The notes under the pieces were generated by a model. It worked only from the letters and a program-made list of their open reading frames with translations. It was not told the origin of the DNA and did not search any database. The translations under genes were made by a program, and so were the position numbers. Below are positions 63,953 through 64,000 of a stretch of 64,000 nt of DNA, piece after piece. How positions within the stretch are numbered: the stretch's first letter is position 1; each line of letters begins with the position of its first letter. The stretch comes from Diadema antillarum (lineage: Eukaryota): assembly GCF_040938485.1 (NCBI RefSeq), contig NW_027271052.1, positions 558,001-622,000 of the forward strand, given 5' to 3'.

Positions 63953-64000
63953 ATGACCACTGACGCAAAATTTACAAGCGACGGAAACGCACGAGTCATC
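63953..64000 (+). CDS. Sulfotransferase-fold protein, copy 7, first 16 codons (runs off the window; not in the ORF track)
   Basis: ATG at 63953 gives MTTDAKFTSDGNARVI, homologous to the other N-termini, and lies 10 nt after a TTTGTAG acceptor as in the other copies. Confidence 0.8.
   Translation, partial: MTTDAKFTSDGNARVI

Overview
Eukaryotic, AT-rich, repeat-dense animal DNA. Evidence: GT-AG introns, SINEs, LINEs, MITEs, microsatellites and three N-gaps. The repeat types suggest a marine invertebrate such as an echinoderm, but the taxon cannot be fixed from the sequence. The only host genes I can support form a tandem cluster of at least seven paralogues of a ~320-326 aa soluble sulfotransferase-fold protein. 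Its motifs are MWCVPRSVST (P-loop/5'-PSB-like), KFVFxKDM and FLIRHPxKxYKS (3'-PB-like), resembling the bacterial Sulfotransfer_5 / plant BCAT-like N-terminal domain family. Copy 1 is on the minus strand and head-to-head with copy 2; copies 2-7 are on the plus strand. Copies 1-5 are intact, copy 6 has lost the acceptor and ~33 codons of its last exon, and copy 7 is cut by the window edge. Each copy has two coding exons split by a phase-2 intron, plus an upstream, apparently non-coding leader exon that the ORF track does not show. A conserved ~290 bp upstream module, containing an RGKTCA direct-repeat-like motif and an ATCACGCCAC-type motif, is present eight times; one copy is an orphan without its own coding exons. 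Copy-specific transposon insertions hit the modules of copies 4 and 5, and copy 3 looks recombinant. The rest is decayed mobile DNA: a Gypsy integrase split by an L2-like LINE that itself carries a Helentron-like element, several LINE fragments, tRNA-derived SINEs, many MITEs with readable TSDs, a Ginger-like element, long palindromes, an 83-bp minisatellite and a 1-kb near-identical tandem duplication. All functional statements are inference; no database search could be run.
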